Shown in pieces: positions 21,782 to 31,875 of a stretch of DNA of 64,000 nt. Under the pieces are notes generated by a model. That model saw only the letters and a program-made list of their open reading frames with translations. It ran no database searches and had not been told where the DNA came from. A program made the position numbers and the translations under genes. Location: positions 320,001 through 384,000 of the forward strand of contig JAYFMW010000028.1 of assembly GCA_042408215.1 (NCBI GenBank), read 5' to 3'. The stretch is from Microcoleus sp. (GTDB lineage Bacteria; Cyanobacteriota; Cyanobacteriia; Cyanobacteriales; Microcoleaceae). Positions within the stretch are counted from its first letter, which is position 1. Every line of letters starts with the position of its first letter.

Positions 21782-23221
21782 ATGTTGAATACGTCCTGCA
21801 TAGAAAAACAAGTCCCGCTCATGTACGAGGCTTCTATACCAGAGTTCCGTTTGGACTCAACTCTCCAAGAATTGTCGCTTTACGATTTTCACGTAGAAGC
21901 TACAGATTTGGGAAGCAAAATTGCTCAGATGTTGGAAGCTAATCCCTTGCTCCCTGGTGTGATTTTGACTCTGGAGGGTCAATTTTTCGGCATGATTTCC
22001 CGGCGGAGATTTTTAGAATTTATCAGTCGTCCCTTTGGACGAGAATTATTTTTAAAGCGACCTGTGAGGGCTTTGTACCGGTTTGCCGAAACAGCAACTT
22101 TAATTTTTTCCAGCAATACTTTAATAGTGGATGCAGCCAAAAACTCGCTGCTGCGATCGAAAGAAATGCTTTACGAGCCGATTGTAGTTCTAGTATCGCC
22201 TCAAACTTATCGTTTGCTGGACGTGCACGAACTCCTGGTAGCCCAATCCAATATTCACGAACTAGCGACAAAATTACTCCGCCAACAAACTCAATCCCAA
22301 CTCATTCAAACTGAAAAACTAGCCAGTTTAGGGCAAATGGTCGCGGGTGTAGCCCACGAAATCAGAAATCCCGTCACCTGCATCAGCGGAAATATCGGCT
22401 TTTTGTCTAACTACTCCAAAGACATCATGGATTTGTTGTCGGCTTACGAAAAAATTGTCGGTGACAACGCACAAATTGACGAACTCAAAGAACAGATAGA
22501 ATTTGATTTTTTGCAGGAAGATTGGGCGGAAATCCTGAAAAGTATGAAAGTTTCAGCAGAGAGGCTGACCGATCTCGTTACTAGCCTCCACACCTTCTCT
22601 CACATGGACGAAACCCACCTGAAAGCAGCTAACGTTCACGAATGTATTGACAGCACGCTGCTAATTATGAAAAACCGTCTCAAGTACGGGATTCAAGTAG
22701 TTAAAAACTATGGGGATTTGCCTTTGGTCAAGTGTTACTCTGGTCAGTTGAGCCAGGTATTTATGAATATCGTCAGCAATGCGATCGACGCTTTGGAAGA
22801 GGTCAAAGGAAAAACAGGTTTTGTGCCTGCGATTACTATTGAGACTGAGGTAATAGATGTGGCTGACGGAGATTGCGTGAGTTCAGAATTGATGCAAAAT
22901 TATGTGAGGGGCGATCGGGAAAATTCAAAACAGCTATCTTTAGTCAGTCAAAACGGCGAACTCAGCCCAGAAATAGCGGAAAAAAGTCAAAATCATGGTT
23001 GGATAGCGATTAGAATTGCAGATAACGGGCCCGGTATTCCGCCAGAAGTTCAGCGGCGAATTTTCGATACATTTTTTACCACGAAACCAGCGGGAAAAGG
23101 TACGGGCTTGGGATTGGCAATTACTCACCAAATTGTTACGGAAAAGCACAAAGGCAAGTTGAATTTGCATTCTACGCCCGGTACTGGTACGGAGTTTGAG
23201 ATTTTGTTGCCGTTGATTTGA
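21782..23221 (+). CDS. Sensor histidine kinase with N-terminal CBS-like domain (paralogue of 13387-14733)
   Basis: AHEIRNP, SNAIDA, DNGPGI, GTGLGL; start uncertain (21698/21782/21821). Confidence 0.92.
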   Translation: MLNTSCIEKQVPLMYEASIPEFRLDSTLQELSLYDFHVEATDLGSKIAQMLEANPLLPGVILTLEGQFFGMISRRRFLEFISRPFGRELFLKRPVRALYRFAETATLIFSSNTLIVDAAKNSLLRSKEMLYEPIVVLVSPQTYRLLDVHELLVAQSNIHELATKLLRQQTQSQLIQTEKLASLGQMVAGVAHEIRNPVTCISGNIGFLSNYSKDIMDLLSAYEKIVGDNAQIDELKEQIEFDFLQEDWAEILKSMKVSAERLTDLVTSLHTFSHMDETHLKAANVHECIDSTLLIMKNRLKYGIQVVKNYGDLPLVKCYSGQLSQVFMNIVSNAIDALEEVKGKTGFVPAITIETEVIDVADGDCVSSELMQNYVRGDRENSKQLSLVSQNGELSPEIAEKSQNHGWIAIRIADNGPGIPPEVQRRIFDTFFTTKPAGKGTGLGLAITHQIVTEKHKGKLNLHSTPGTGTEFEILLPLI

Positions 23222-23298
23222 ATGCAGTTCGGCAACGTATTATGTAAGGGATGTAAGGGATATTAATATCGTTTACAGTTGTTTCGGAATTGTATTGT

Positions 23299-23690
23299 TT
23301 GACACTCTCAGGTCTAAAGACACGCTCGATTCTGCTGACAGAGTAAAACTCTCGCTACGGCCGTCAAACGCCGTCTACTTAGTCACCAATCGTCAAGCGA
23401 TAGTTACTAGCTACTTTTGTCTCCAATGCTTTCAGAATCCATCACTAAGCCAAGACACGGTACGCTCAACATCCAGCCATCCCACCGCTCTTTTTGTGTT
23501 ACCTCTCACTCTTGTGTACTAAGTTGCTGGGATTTCTCCGATACTAGGATGTTTCAACACGTAGATGTTTTTGTTCTTACTCACAACTGAATTATAGCAC
23601 ATTTTCAATACCACGGCGGTTAAAACCGCACGAGTCGCTTCCCTCTCAGGTCTTTAGACTCGCTCGTTTCCCGCATCCCGTATTATTTTT
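23299..23690 (-). mobile_element. Non-autonomous ORF-less IS200/IS605 mini-element
   Basis: Same subterminal hairpin (CTCTCAGGTCT..AGAC.CGCTCG) near both ends, right terminus GAGTGTCAA, TGCTATAAT extended -10 at 23591-23601. Confidence 0.75.
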
Positions 23691-23720
23691 ATGAAGTTCT
23701 GTTATGGAGTAAGATTAAAT

Positions 23721-23803
23721 GAACCGCGAAGACGCTCATAGCGCGAAGGAAGAACTGCATCTTCTTCTCGATCTTCCTTCGCGTCATGAGCGCCTTCGCG
23801 GTT
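23721..23803. repeat. Long inverted repeat after dnaN (REP-like, possible terminator)
   Basis: AACCGCGAAG.CGCTCAT...ATGAGCG.CTTCGCGGTT. Confidence 0.65.
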
Positions 23804-23832
23804 TAATCATTCCGATGCAACCGGATTTGAGA

Positions 23833-24984
23833 TCACGCTCTTAGCTGTACTGGCATTACCAAGAAAGTAGCATTGACTCCGCCCAAAGGTTGGAAAATTA
23901 CGGGGGCCAAAGCACCATTTAATTGCAGTTGAATTTCTGGGGATTGAGCCGTTTTTAAGATATCAATCAGATATTTCACGTTGAAGGCAATATCTATACT
24001 TTCTCCCGAAATTTGTGCCGGTAGTGACTCTTTACCACTGCCGACATCTTGAGCATCTACAGACAAAGTGATTTCCTGATTCACGGCATTGATGCTGCAT
24101 TTGAGAATATTATTTTTTTGGTCTGCAAAAACAGCTATTCTTTCTACTGCTGATAAGAACGATCGCCGATCCATTGTAATTTGCCTCTCAAAGGAAGGCG
24201 GAATTAACTGCCGATATGCTGGATATTGCCCTTCCAAGGTGCGGGTTGTCAGTCGCTGGTCGGCCCATTCAAACACAACTTGACCCTGCTCAAAATGCAG
24301 GGTAACAGGTTCAGTCCACTGCCGCATGACTAACATTCTTTCTACTTCCCGCAAGGCTTTGGCTGGGACTGTCACTTCAAATTCTTGTTCTGTTTCTTCT
24401 CCTTCGGCTTTTTCATTGGCTGTTTGAACTACTGCTAATCTGTGGCCGTCTGTGGCTGCAAATTCTAGACAGTCTTTTAGTACCTTTAAATGCACGCCTG
24501 CAAGTACCTGTTTTGCTTCGTCGGGGCTAGTAGCAAATAAAGTTCCTTTGAGCCCTTCTATTAAGGCTTCTGGGGGCAAATTGAGGATTGTTCCTCCTTC
24601 TATTGCGGGTAATTCTGGGAACTCTTCTGAACTCATGCCTCTAACTTGGTAGCTACCAGAACTGCAAGTGAGATATGCTATATACGCCGTGCCATCGTCT
24701 CCCGCTTCGTCTTCTAAAGTAATCTCTCCATCTGGGAGTCGGGAAACAATATCGTTGAGCAATTTAGCGGGTATGGTAAAACTGCCACCTCCCGTCACTT
24801 CTGCTGCAAAGCTGGTACGAATGCCCAAACTTAGATCGAAAGCTGTCAAGTTAACCCGCTGATTTTCCTCATCCGCTACTAAGAGAACGTTGGCTAGTAT
24901 GGGATGTGTCGGGCGTGAGGGAACGGCCCGACTTACCAACGAGAGGTTGGCGTTGAGGTCACTTTGGGTGCAAACCAATTTCAT
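23833..24984 (-). CDS. dnaN: DNA polymerase III beta clamp
   Basis: PTHPILANVLL, ATDGHRLA, YPAYRQLIP, LVMPVQLR; downstream of dnaA. Confidence 0.97.
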   Translation of the reverse strand: MKLVCTQSDLNANLSLVSRAVPSRPTHPILANVLLVADEENQRVNLTAFDLSLGIRTSFAAEVTGGGSFTIPAKLLNDIVSRLPDGEITLEDEAGDDGTAYIAYLTCSSGSYQVRGMSSEEFPELPAIEGGTILNLPPEALIEGLKGTLFATSPDEAKQVLAGVHLKVLKDCLEFAATDGHRLAVVQTANEKAEGEETEQEFEVTVPAKALREVERMLVMRQWTEPVTLHFEQGQVVFEWADQRLTTRTLEGQYPAYRQLIPPSFERQITMDRRSFLSAVERIAVFADQKNNILKCSINAVNQEITLSVDAQDVGSGKESLPAQISGESIDIAFNVKYLIDILKTAQSPEIQLQLNGALAPVIFQPLGGVNATFLVMPVQLRA

Positions 24985-25149
24985 GAGAGGAAGGTGAATT
25001 AACCGGATTTGAGATAGAAACAAATCCTATCACAGAAAGTCGGTGGGGAATCCCCAGGATTTTTAGCTTCGGGCTGGGGGTTGCTTTTCTGGAGGTGCGC
25101 GGTGGAAGATGCTTTTACTTTTTTGAGCTAATTTTCTGGGCGATCGCAC

Positions 25150-25340
25150 TGTACAAACTGTGGAAAATAAATTCAAATGCTGATCGGGTATAGTTTTTGT
25201 GGATTTATGCCTGTGGAAAACTTGTGAAAAAGTTGGCTGAGTCGATCGCCCAACTCTCGATCGTCAAAAACTTTTTGCAGCGAGAGATTAATGTTTTCCA
25301 CAAAATCAGGGTCATTTGTCCACAGGTTTTTCCACAGGTA
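25150..25340. promoter_or_regulatory. Putative oriC: cluster of DnaA boxes between dnaA and dnaN
   Basis: TGTGGAAAA 25159 and 25212, TGTGGATTT 25198, TTTTCCACA 25294 and 25328, TTGTCCACA 25316 (cyanobacterial box TTTTCCACA). Confidence 0.85.
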
Positions 25341-25347
25341 AGCTTAC

Positions 25348-25608
25348 GGGAATGGGGAATGGGGAATGGGGAATTGGCCAAACAGGGAATGGGGAATTGG
25401 GCATTGGTAGCAAATAACTACTGACTACTGACTACTGACTACTGACTAATGACTACTGACTAATGACTACTGACTACTGACTACTGACTAATGACTACTG
25501 ACTACTGACTAATGACTACTGACTAATGACTACTGACTAATGACTACTGACTAATGACTACTGACTAATGACTACTGACTAATGACTAATGACTACTGAC
25601 TAATGACT
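25348..25608. repeat. STRR arrays (GGAATGG then TGACTAC/TGACTAA)
   Basis: Tandem 7-mers between oriC boxes and the dnaA stop. Confidence 0.95.
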
Positions 25609-25613
25609 TCAAA

Positions 25614-26987
25614 TCAACTTTTGCGGCCGATCGCATTAATGCGATCGCTCAATTGACGGAGAGTTTGGGACAAATTCGGGTCAGTGTTCCGCAACTGAGC
25701 AATTTTGTCGCAACTGTAAAGCACAGTTGTGTGGTCTTTTCCGCCGAAAATTTCGCCAACTTTCGGTAAACTCAAAGCAGTGTGCTGCCGGATTAAATAC
25801 ATCCCGATTTGACGGGCAAAGCTAATTTCTCGCTTGCGGCAATTGCCTTTCAAATCTTCAACAGAAACGTCGAAAGCTTCTGCCACTACTGCGATTACGG
25901 CGTCGGGAGTCGCTTTTACAGTTTCAGTTTGTGGGTTCAACACTGGGGAGATATTTTCCACTGTCATCGGCAAACCTGTAATTGAAAGATAGGCTACCGC
26001 CCGAATCAAAGCTCCTTCTAATTCTCGAACATTGGAAGTGTAGCTAGAAGCAATATATTCAATGACATCTCGCGGCAACCGCATATTTTCATATTCGGCT
26101 TTTTTCTGCAAAATTGCCATTCTGGTTTCCAAGTCTGGTAACTGAATGTCGGCAATTAATCCCATCGAAAATCGCGAACACAAACGCTGTTGTAGGCGGG
26201 GGATTTGTTGCGGGGGGCGATCGGAAGCTAAAACTACTTGTTTTCCGGCTTCGTGCAAAGTATTAAAAGTGTGAAAGAATTCTTCTTGAGTGTATTCTTT
26301 GCCTTCAATAAATTGAATATCATCTACTAATAAAACATCCGCTGCTCGATAATGATCGCGGAAAGTTTGCATACTATCTTTACGAATGGCGGCAATCAAA
26401 TCGTTGGTAAATTTCTCAGTAGAAACGTAAAATATTTTGGCTGTGGGGTCAATTTCTAAGCGGTAATGACCGATCGCCTGCATGAGATGAGTTTTGCCCA
26501 AACCGACGTCGCCGCACAAAAATAGGGGATTGAATTCTCGGCCCGGAGACTCGGCTACTGCGAGGGAAGCTGCGTGAGCCATGCGGTTGTTGGAACCGAC
26601 TACAAAACGGGAAAATAGGTATTTGGGGTTGAGATTGGCTGGTTTGGGGGGATGCAGCGAGTGGCTTTCTGGGACATCGGGGGCGATCGGAGATGGCCAA
26701 ATCAGTCCTTGCTCGCCGTTACCGTCGGTTTCAGTCCCCCCAGCAATTGTCAAGTAAATTTCTACCTGATAGCCGAGAATGTCGTACACTGCATCGGCAA
26801 TGATTTTGACATAATATTTCTGCAACCAATTGCGAGCAAAGGGGTTGGGGGTGCTGACGATCAAACAGTTATTTTCCAGTTGTTCGGCTCTGGCTGTTTT
26901 GATCCAAGTCTCAAAACTAGGTCTGCTCAGTTGTACCTGGAGACGTTCAAGTATCTGATTCCACAGACTTTCGAGGGGAATTTCCAC
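25614..26987 (-). CDS. dnaA: Chromosomal replication initiator DnaA
   Basis: [41 protein letters not shown] start. Confidence 0.98.
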   Translation of the reverse strand: MEIPLESLWNQILERLQVQLSRPSFETWIKTARAEQLENNCLIVSTPNPFARNWLQKYYVKIIADAVYDILGYQVEIYLTIAGGTETDGNGEQGLIWPSPIAPDVPESHSLHPPKPANLNPKYLFSRFVVGSNNRMAHAASLAVAESPGREFNPLFLCGDVGLGKTHLMQAIGHYRLEIDPTAKIFYVSTEKFTNDLIAAIRKDSMQTFRDHYRAADVLLVDDIQFIEGKEYTQEEFFHTFNTLHEAGKQVVLASDRPPQQIPRLQQRLCSRFSMGLIADIQLPDLETRMAILQKKAEYENMRLPRDVIEYIASSYTSNVRELEGALIRAVAYLSITGLPMTVENISPVLNPQTETVKATPDAVIAVVAEAFDVSVEDLKGNCRKREISFARQIGMYLIRQHTALSLPKVGEIFGGKDHTTVLYSCDKIAQLRNTDPNLSQTLRQLSDRINAIGRKS

Positions 26988-27051
26988 GCTCTACCTCTGC
27001 CGATCGGCATTCAAACAGATTCAATTTGTATTCTCGAAAACTTAGTTTAAT

Positions 27052-27175
27052 CTCACATCTTGCACCATTTTCAGCAACAGGCTGTCCGGCCTGTTCCACA
27101 AAGAGTGGATTTCTTGTGGAACAGGCCGGACAGCCTGTTCATAAAAGGCTAATTGAGAATGGTGCAAGATCTCAG
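27052..27175. mobile_element. MITE with ATCTTGCACCA...TGGTGCAAGAT termini enclosing a perfect hairpin, in the dnaA upstream region
   Basis: Same termini at 29307-29441; internal ~26-bp arm palindrome. Confidence 0.75.
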
Positions 27176-27391
27176 TTTAATCGAAGTGGCGATTTTGAAG
27201 GTCGATCGATCGATCGATCAATATTTTTTGCGGGCTGGTGAGCAAATAGAGGAAGGTGAATGCTAAAGTTTAAGGGAGTCTGCCGATCGCCCTAAAATTC
27301 TGTAAAATTCTGTGGGCCGCAAGTGGCTCACAGGATACGGGAATCAGCTCGCAAATATTTTGATTTGGCAAAAAAGCCTAAAAACCTCGTG

Positions 27392-28633
27392 ATGAAGAGT
27401 TCTACTGGCAAATTTTGGAAGCAACCGGCAATTTACATATTGCTGCTGGTGACGGGAGCTGGGGCCGCAATGTTGGGCGATCGTCTGACAGCTTCCCAAT
27501 TACCTGCAAATTCTGGCGCTCCGGGACAAAAAACATTGCAGCCGCAATTGCAATTGCCGATTAATACTAAGCCTCAAGCTAGCAAAGTCTTGCCGCCGAA
27601 TTCTGTTTCGGGGAATCCAGCTAATGTCAATTTTATTGTGGCCGCGGTGCAAAAAGTTGGCCCGACAGTGGTTCGGATCGATGCTACCCGCAAGGTGAAA
27701 CCGGGAAATAAAGGGCTGTCGCCGGAAGATTTTTTGGGCTTAGATCCGAATTCAGGCGGCCGGGGTGGGGTGGAACGGGGTACTGGTTCGGGTTTTGTCA
27801 TCGGTGCTGACGGCGTGATTCTCACTAATGCTCACGTTGTAGAGGGGGCTGATACAGTAAATGTAACTCTCAGGGACGGTCGCAGTTTTCAGGGGCGGGT
27901 GTTGGGAGCAGATCAGGTGACGGATGTGGCGGTGGTGAAGATTGAGGCGAATGATGTCCCTGTGGTGACGATCGGCAATTCCGATCGGCTGCTGTCTGGG
28001 GAATGGGCGATCGCGATCGGCAATCCTTTGGGTTTGGACAATTCGGTGACAGCAGGGATAATTAGCGCTACGGGGCGATCGAGTTCTGATGTAGGCGTGC
28101 CCGACAAGCGGATCGGTTTTATTCAAACAGACGCTGCGATTAATCCGGGGAATTCCGGTGGCCCGTTACTGAATGCTTCGGGCGAAGTTATTGGCATGAA
28201 TACGGCGATTATTCAAGGTGCTCAAGGATTGGGCTTTGCAATTCCAATTAAGGCGGCTCAACAAGTTGCGAAGGAACTAATTTCGACGGGCAAAGTCGAA
28301 CACGCTTATTTGGGCATTGAAATGGCGACGCTAACTCCTGATGTTAAACAGCAAATTAACAGCAACAATAACAGCAACATTCGAGTGACAGTCGATCGAG
28401 GAGTTGCTATTATTAATGTTGTTCCGGCTTCTCCCGCTGCGGCATCTGGTTTGCGGTCTGGGGATGTGATTCAAAAGATCAACAATCAGCCGATTATTCA
28501 GTCGGAAGCTGTTCAGGAATTCGTGCAGAATGCTAGGGTTGGCGGACTTTTGCAAATGGAGATTAATCGCAATGGGCAAATACTCAATTTGAGTGTGAAA
28601 CCGGGGAATATGCCAGTCCAAAAACTTCGATAA
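27392..28633 (+). CDS. HhoA/HhoB/HtrA family serine protease with PDZ domain
   Basis: [28 protein letters not shown]. Confidence 0.95.
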   Translation: MKSSTGKFWKQPAIYILLLVTGAGAAMLGDRLTASQLPANSGAPGQKTLQPQLQLPINTKPQASKVLPPNSVSGNPANVNFIVAAVQKVGPTVVRIDATRKVKPGNKGLSPEDFLGLDPNSGGRGGVERGTGSGFVIGADGVILTNAHVVEGADTVNVTLRDGRSFQGRVLGADQVTDVAVVKIEANDVPVVTIGNSDRLLSGEWAIAIGNPLGLDNSVTAGIISATGRSSSDVGVPDKRIGFIQTDAAINPGNSGGPLLNASGEVIGMNTAIIQGAQGLGFAIPIKAAQQVAKELISTGKVEHAYLGIEMATLTPDVKQQINSNNNSNIRVTVDRGVAIINVVPASPAAASGLRSGDVIQKINNQPIIQSEAVQEFVQNARVGGLLQMEINRNGQILNLSVKPGNMPVQKLR

Positions 28634-28750
28634 TCATTAGTCAGTAGTCAGTAGTCATTAGTCAGTAGTCAGGAGTCATTAGTCATTAGTCAGTAGTCAT
28701 TAGTAATTAGTCAGAATTACGAATTACGAATTACCAATTACCAATTACGA
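28634..28750. repeat. STRR arrays (TCATTAG/TCAGTAG, GAATTAC)
   Basis: Tandem 7-mers. Confidence 0.9.
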
Positions 28751-29284
28751 ATGCCAGAAATATTGCAAATTTCACAATTAGGAAATCCCGTATTGCGCCG
28801 CCGATCGCAATTTGTGGAGAATATTAAGGACGATCGCCTTCAGCAGTTGATAGACAACTTAATATTTACAGTACAACAGGCCAACGGGGTGGGGATTGCC
28901 GCCCCTCAAGTCGCTAGGGGCGATCGGCTGTTCATCATCGCATCCCGTCCCAATCTGCGATATCCCCAAGCACCCAAGATGGAACCCACAGCGATGATCA
29001 ACCCCCGAATTATAGCTAGCTCAACAGAGACAGTCAAAGACTGGGAAGGCTGTTTGAGCATTCCGGGGATACGGGGGTTAGTGCCGAGAAGTCGATCGAT
29101 CGAGATAGAATACACCAGTAGAGACGGCCAACTCCACCAACAAGAATTAACAGATTTTGTGGCTCGGATTTTTCAACACGAACAGGACCATTTAGACGGA
29201 ATCGTGTTTTTAGACAGAGTGGAAAGCACCCAAGAACTGATGACTGAGGATGAGTATCAGCAGCAAGTTGTCAACTTACTATAA
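28751..29284 (+). CDS. def: Peptide deformylase
   Basis: GVGIAAPQV, EGCLSIP, QHEQDHLDG. Confidence 0.97.
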   Translation: MPEILQISQLGNPVLRRRSQFVENIKDDRLQQLIDNLIFTVQQANGVGIAAPQVARGDRLFIIASRPNLRYPQAPKMEPTAMINPRIIASSTETVKDWEGCLSIPGIRGLVPRSRSIEIEYTSRDGQLHQQELTDFVARIFQHEQDHLDGIVFLDRVESTQELMTEDEYQQQVVNLL

Positions 29285-29306
29285 AACTTGATATAATTGG
29301 TAGTAA

Positions 29307-29441
29307 CTGAGATCTTGCACCCGCAAATCAAAAGCTTGTAGGGGCGGGTTCACCAAAAGTTTTCTCATGGTGCAGACAGGTTAAATAAACCCGCCCGCAC
29401 CCACAAAAAAGCCCCTGATTGATATTGGTGCAAGATGTCAG
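29307..29441. mobile_element. MITE (CTGAGATCTTGCAC...GTGCAAGATGTCAG) carrying a GTAGGGGCGGG REP doublet
   Basis: Terminal inverted repeats shared with 27052-27175. Confidence 0.75.
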
Positions 29442-29476
29442 TAGTAACCGCAGTGATATTGTGAATAGGAGGGCAA

Positions 29477-30046
29477 ATGTCGATCAACTTGGAAAAAGGC
29501 GGGAGAATCAATCTCTCTAAAGAAGCACCGGGGCTAAAAAGTGCTGGGATAGGTTTGGGATGGGATACCAATGCTACAGATACCGGCGCAGCGTTTGACT
29601 TAGATGCTTCCGTGTTTATGTTAGGTGCAAATGCGAAAATTCCCAGCGAAAAATACTTTGTTTTTTACAACAACAAAGAGTCGCCAGACACTTCTGTAAT
29701 CCATCTGGGAGATAGCAGAACGGGAGAAGGTTTTGGCGATGATGAAACAGTGACCGTTGATTTAACTAAAGTCGATCCGGCGGTGCAAGAAATTGTGTTT
29801 GTGGTAACAATCCACGAAGCTGAATCGAGGAGGCAAAACTTCGGTCAAGTGCGGAATGCTTTTATCAGGATTTATGATACTACGACTAACATAGAAGTCA
29901 CTAAGTACGATTTGGACGAGGATTTTTCGAGGGAGACTGCGGTGGAATTTGGCCGACTCTACAAGAAAGACGGCGAGTGGAGGTTCCAAGCCGTCGGACA
30001 AGGCTACAATTCAGGCTTACAAAGCTTTGTAGAGAAGTATTCCTGA
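29477..30046 (+). CDS. terD: TerD family protein
   Basis: GLGWD, FDLDAS, GDSRTGEGFGDDE, GEWRFQAVGQG. Confidence 0.92.
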   Translation: MSINLEKGGRINLSKEAPGLKSAGIGLGWDTNATDTGAAFDLDASVFMLGANAKIPSEKYFVFYNNKESPDTSVIHLGDSRTGEGFGDDETVTVDLTKVDPAVQEIVFVVTIHEAESRRQNFGQVRNAFIRIYDTTTNIEVTKYDLDEDFSRETAVEFGRLYKKDGEWRFQAVGQGYNSGLQSFVEKYS

Positions 30047-30250
30047 TCGAATGGCGATCGAATCCAGCTAAATAAGTCAAGGGAAAATTCGGAAAAATCA
30101 TGAATATTCCCTTGATTTTAAAGGCTACTAATGAGAGGATAAACCTGATGGGCATTCAATTAAGCGTTGTGACCCCCAGATTATGTAAAAAACCCGGTTT
30201 ATTGGGTCGGAGTGCATAAGTCCTGTCCTACTAATCAGAGGATAAACCTA

Positions 30251-31789
30251 ATGGGAATTCAATTAAGTAAGGGCGAAAGATTTAATCTTTTTCAAGAAGA
30301 CGCTAATTTACAAAAGGTGTCATTCGCCCTGGGCTGGCAAATGAATCAAACCACAGAAAGCTATGATATAGATGCTTCTATATTCATGTTGGGTGCAGAT
30401 GGAAAAATTCCCGACGAAAGATACTTGGTATTTTACAATAATCTGCGCTCTCTCGATGACTCTCTACACCATTTAGGAAATCGCAAAACTGGGAAAAACC
30501 AAGGAGACAACGAGACGATTGATGTAGAATTGAATAAAATAAGTCCAGCTATCCAGGAAATTATTTTTGTCGTCACCATTCACGAAGCACAAGCAAAAAA
30601 TCAAAGTTTTAGCCAAATCCAGAATGCTTTTATTAGACTTTATAACTCAGAAACCGACACTGAACTTGCTTCCTACAATCTCAAAGAGAATTTTTCACAA
30701 GAGACAGCAGTCGAGTTTGGAAGGTTATATAAAAAAGACGGAAAGTGGAGGTTTCAGGCTGTAGGACAAGGATACAACGCCGGCTTGCAAAGTTTTGTAG
30801 ACAAATATTATGTCGAAAATAAACAGGAAAATCAGCAAGCAGAAACTAACTTAAAAATATCAGATTTTGAAATCCCAGAATTAGCAATAACTGAATTAGC
30901 AGCTACTCAATTCAAAATTCCCGAAGTAGTAATTCCTGCCTTAAAAATCCCAGAATTAGCAATAACTGAATTAGCAACTCCCAAAGTTAGTAACAAAAGT
31001 CAGAAAGCTATAGCTTTCGAGAAACAACTGGAAGAAAAAGCGCCGCACATTTTCAATCTCGTTAAGAAAGCCGATATCTCCCTCCAGAAAGCAAATCTCA
31101 CAAATCATGATGCTAAGGTAGCGCTGTGCTTGGATATTTCTGTATCTATGTCTTCGCTGTACAGTGCGGGAAAAATTCAGCGTTTGGCTGAGAAAATTTT
31201 GGCTTTGGGATGTCGGTTTGATGACAACGCAGCGATGGATATATTTTTGTTTGGTATCAACTCTTACAATGCGGGCGAAATGACGATCGACAATTTCCCA
31301 AACTTCATCCATCATATACTGAAGCGATACCCTTTAGAAGGAGGTACTTATTATGGTAGAGTGATGCAGGAGATTAGAAAATTCTATTTTCCCGACTCTC
31401 GCGATGGTAGTCGCTACGCACCTATTAGCGCCGATAAACCTGTCTATGTGATGTTTGTCACTGATGGAGCCACTGCGGATGAGTCGGGAACCAAACAACA
31501 GTTAAAATGGTCGTCCTACGAGCCGATATTTTGGCAGTTTATGGCGATCGGCAAATCGCAAAAAGATGTCAAAAATAAGGGCGTTGGCGGCTGGTTTTCT
31601 AGGGCTACAGCGAGCGATTTTAGCTTTTTGGAGCAACTTGATGAAATGGGCGATCGCCACCTCGACAACGCCGATTTCTTTAGTTTAGAAGACCCGGAAA
31701 GTATTGCAGATGAGGAATTATACGATTTGTTGACAGCAGAATATCCCAATTGGGTGAAATCGGCACGACTCAAAAATATCTTACCCTAG
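30251..31789 (+). CDS. TerD-vWA fusion protein (TerF-like)
   Basis: TerD N-terminus; MIDAS-like DISVSMS, GGTYY, FVTDG, PIFWQF, DNADFF. Confidence 0.88.
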   Translation: MGIQLSKGERFNLFQEDANLQKVSFALGWQMNQTTESYDIDASIFMLGADGKIPDERYLVFYNNLRSLDDSLHHLGNRKTGKNQGDNETIDVELNKISPAIQEIIFVVTIHEAQAKNQSFSQIQNAFIRLYNSETDTELASYNLKENFSQETAVEFGRLYKKDGKWRFQAVGQGYNAGLQSFVDKYYVENKQENQQAETNLKISDFEIPELAITELAATQFKIPEVVIPALKIPELAITELATPKVSNKSQKAIAFEKQLEEKAPHIFNLVKKADISLQKANLTNHDAKVALCLDISVSMSSLYSAGKIQRLAEKILALGCRFDDNAAMDIFLFGINSYNAGEMTIDNFPNFIHHILKRYPLEGGTYYGRVMQEIRKFYFPDSRDGSRYAPISADKPVYVMFVTDGATADESGTKQQLKWSSYEPIFWQFMAIGKSQKDVKNKGVGGWFSRATASDFSFLEQLDEMGDRHLDNADFFSLEDPESIADEELYDLLTAEYPNWVKSARLKNILP

Positions 31790-31875
31790 AGACAGCCTGG
31801 GCAACGGCTAATCAAATCTTGATCTTGGCAGATCTTGAAACTTGCACTCCGTACACTTGACAAAATCACAAAACT

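Noticed and set aside
23299..23690. HEARO RNA or group I/II intron identity for the mini-elements
   Set aside because: Could not recognise HEARO 5' motifs or intron catalytic domains by eye; needs a covariance search
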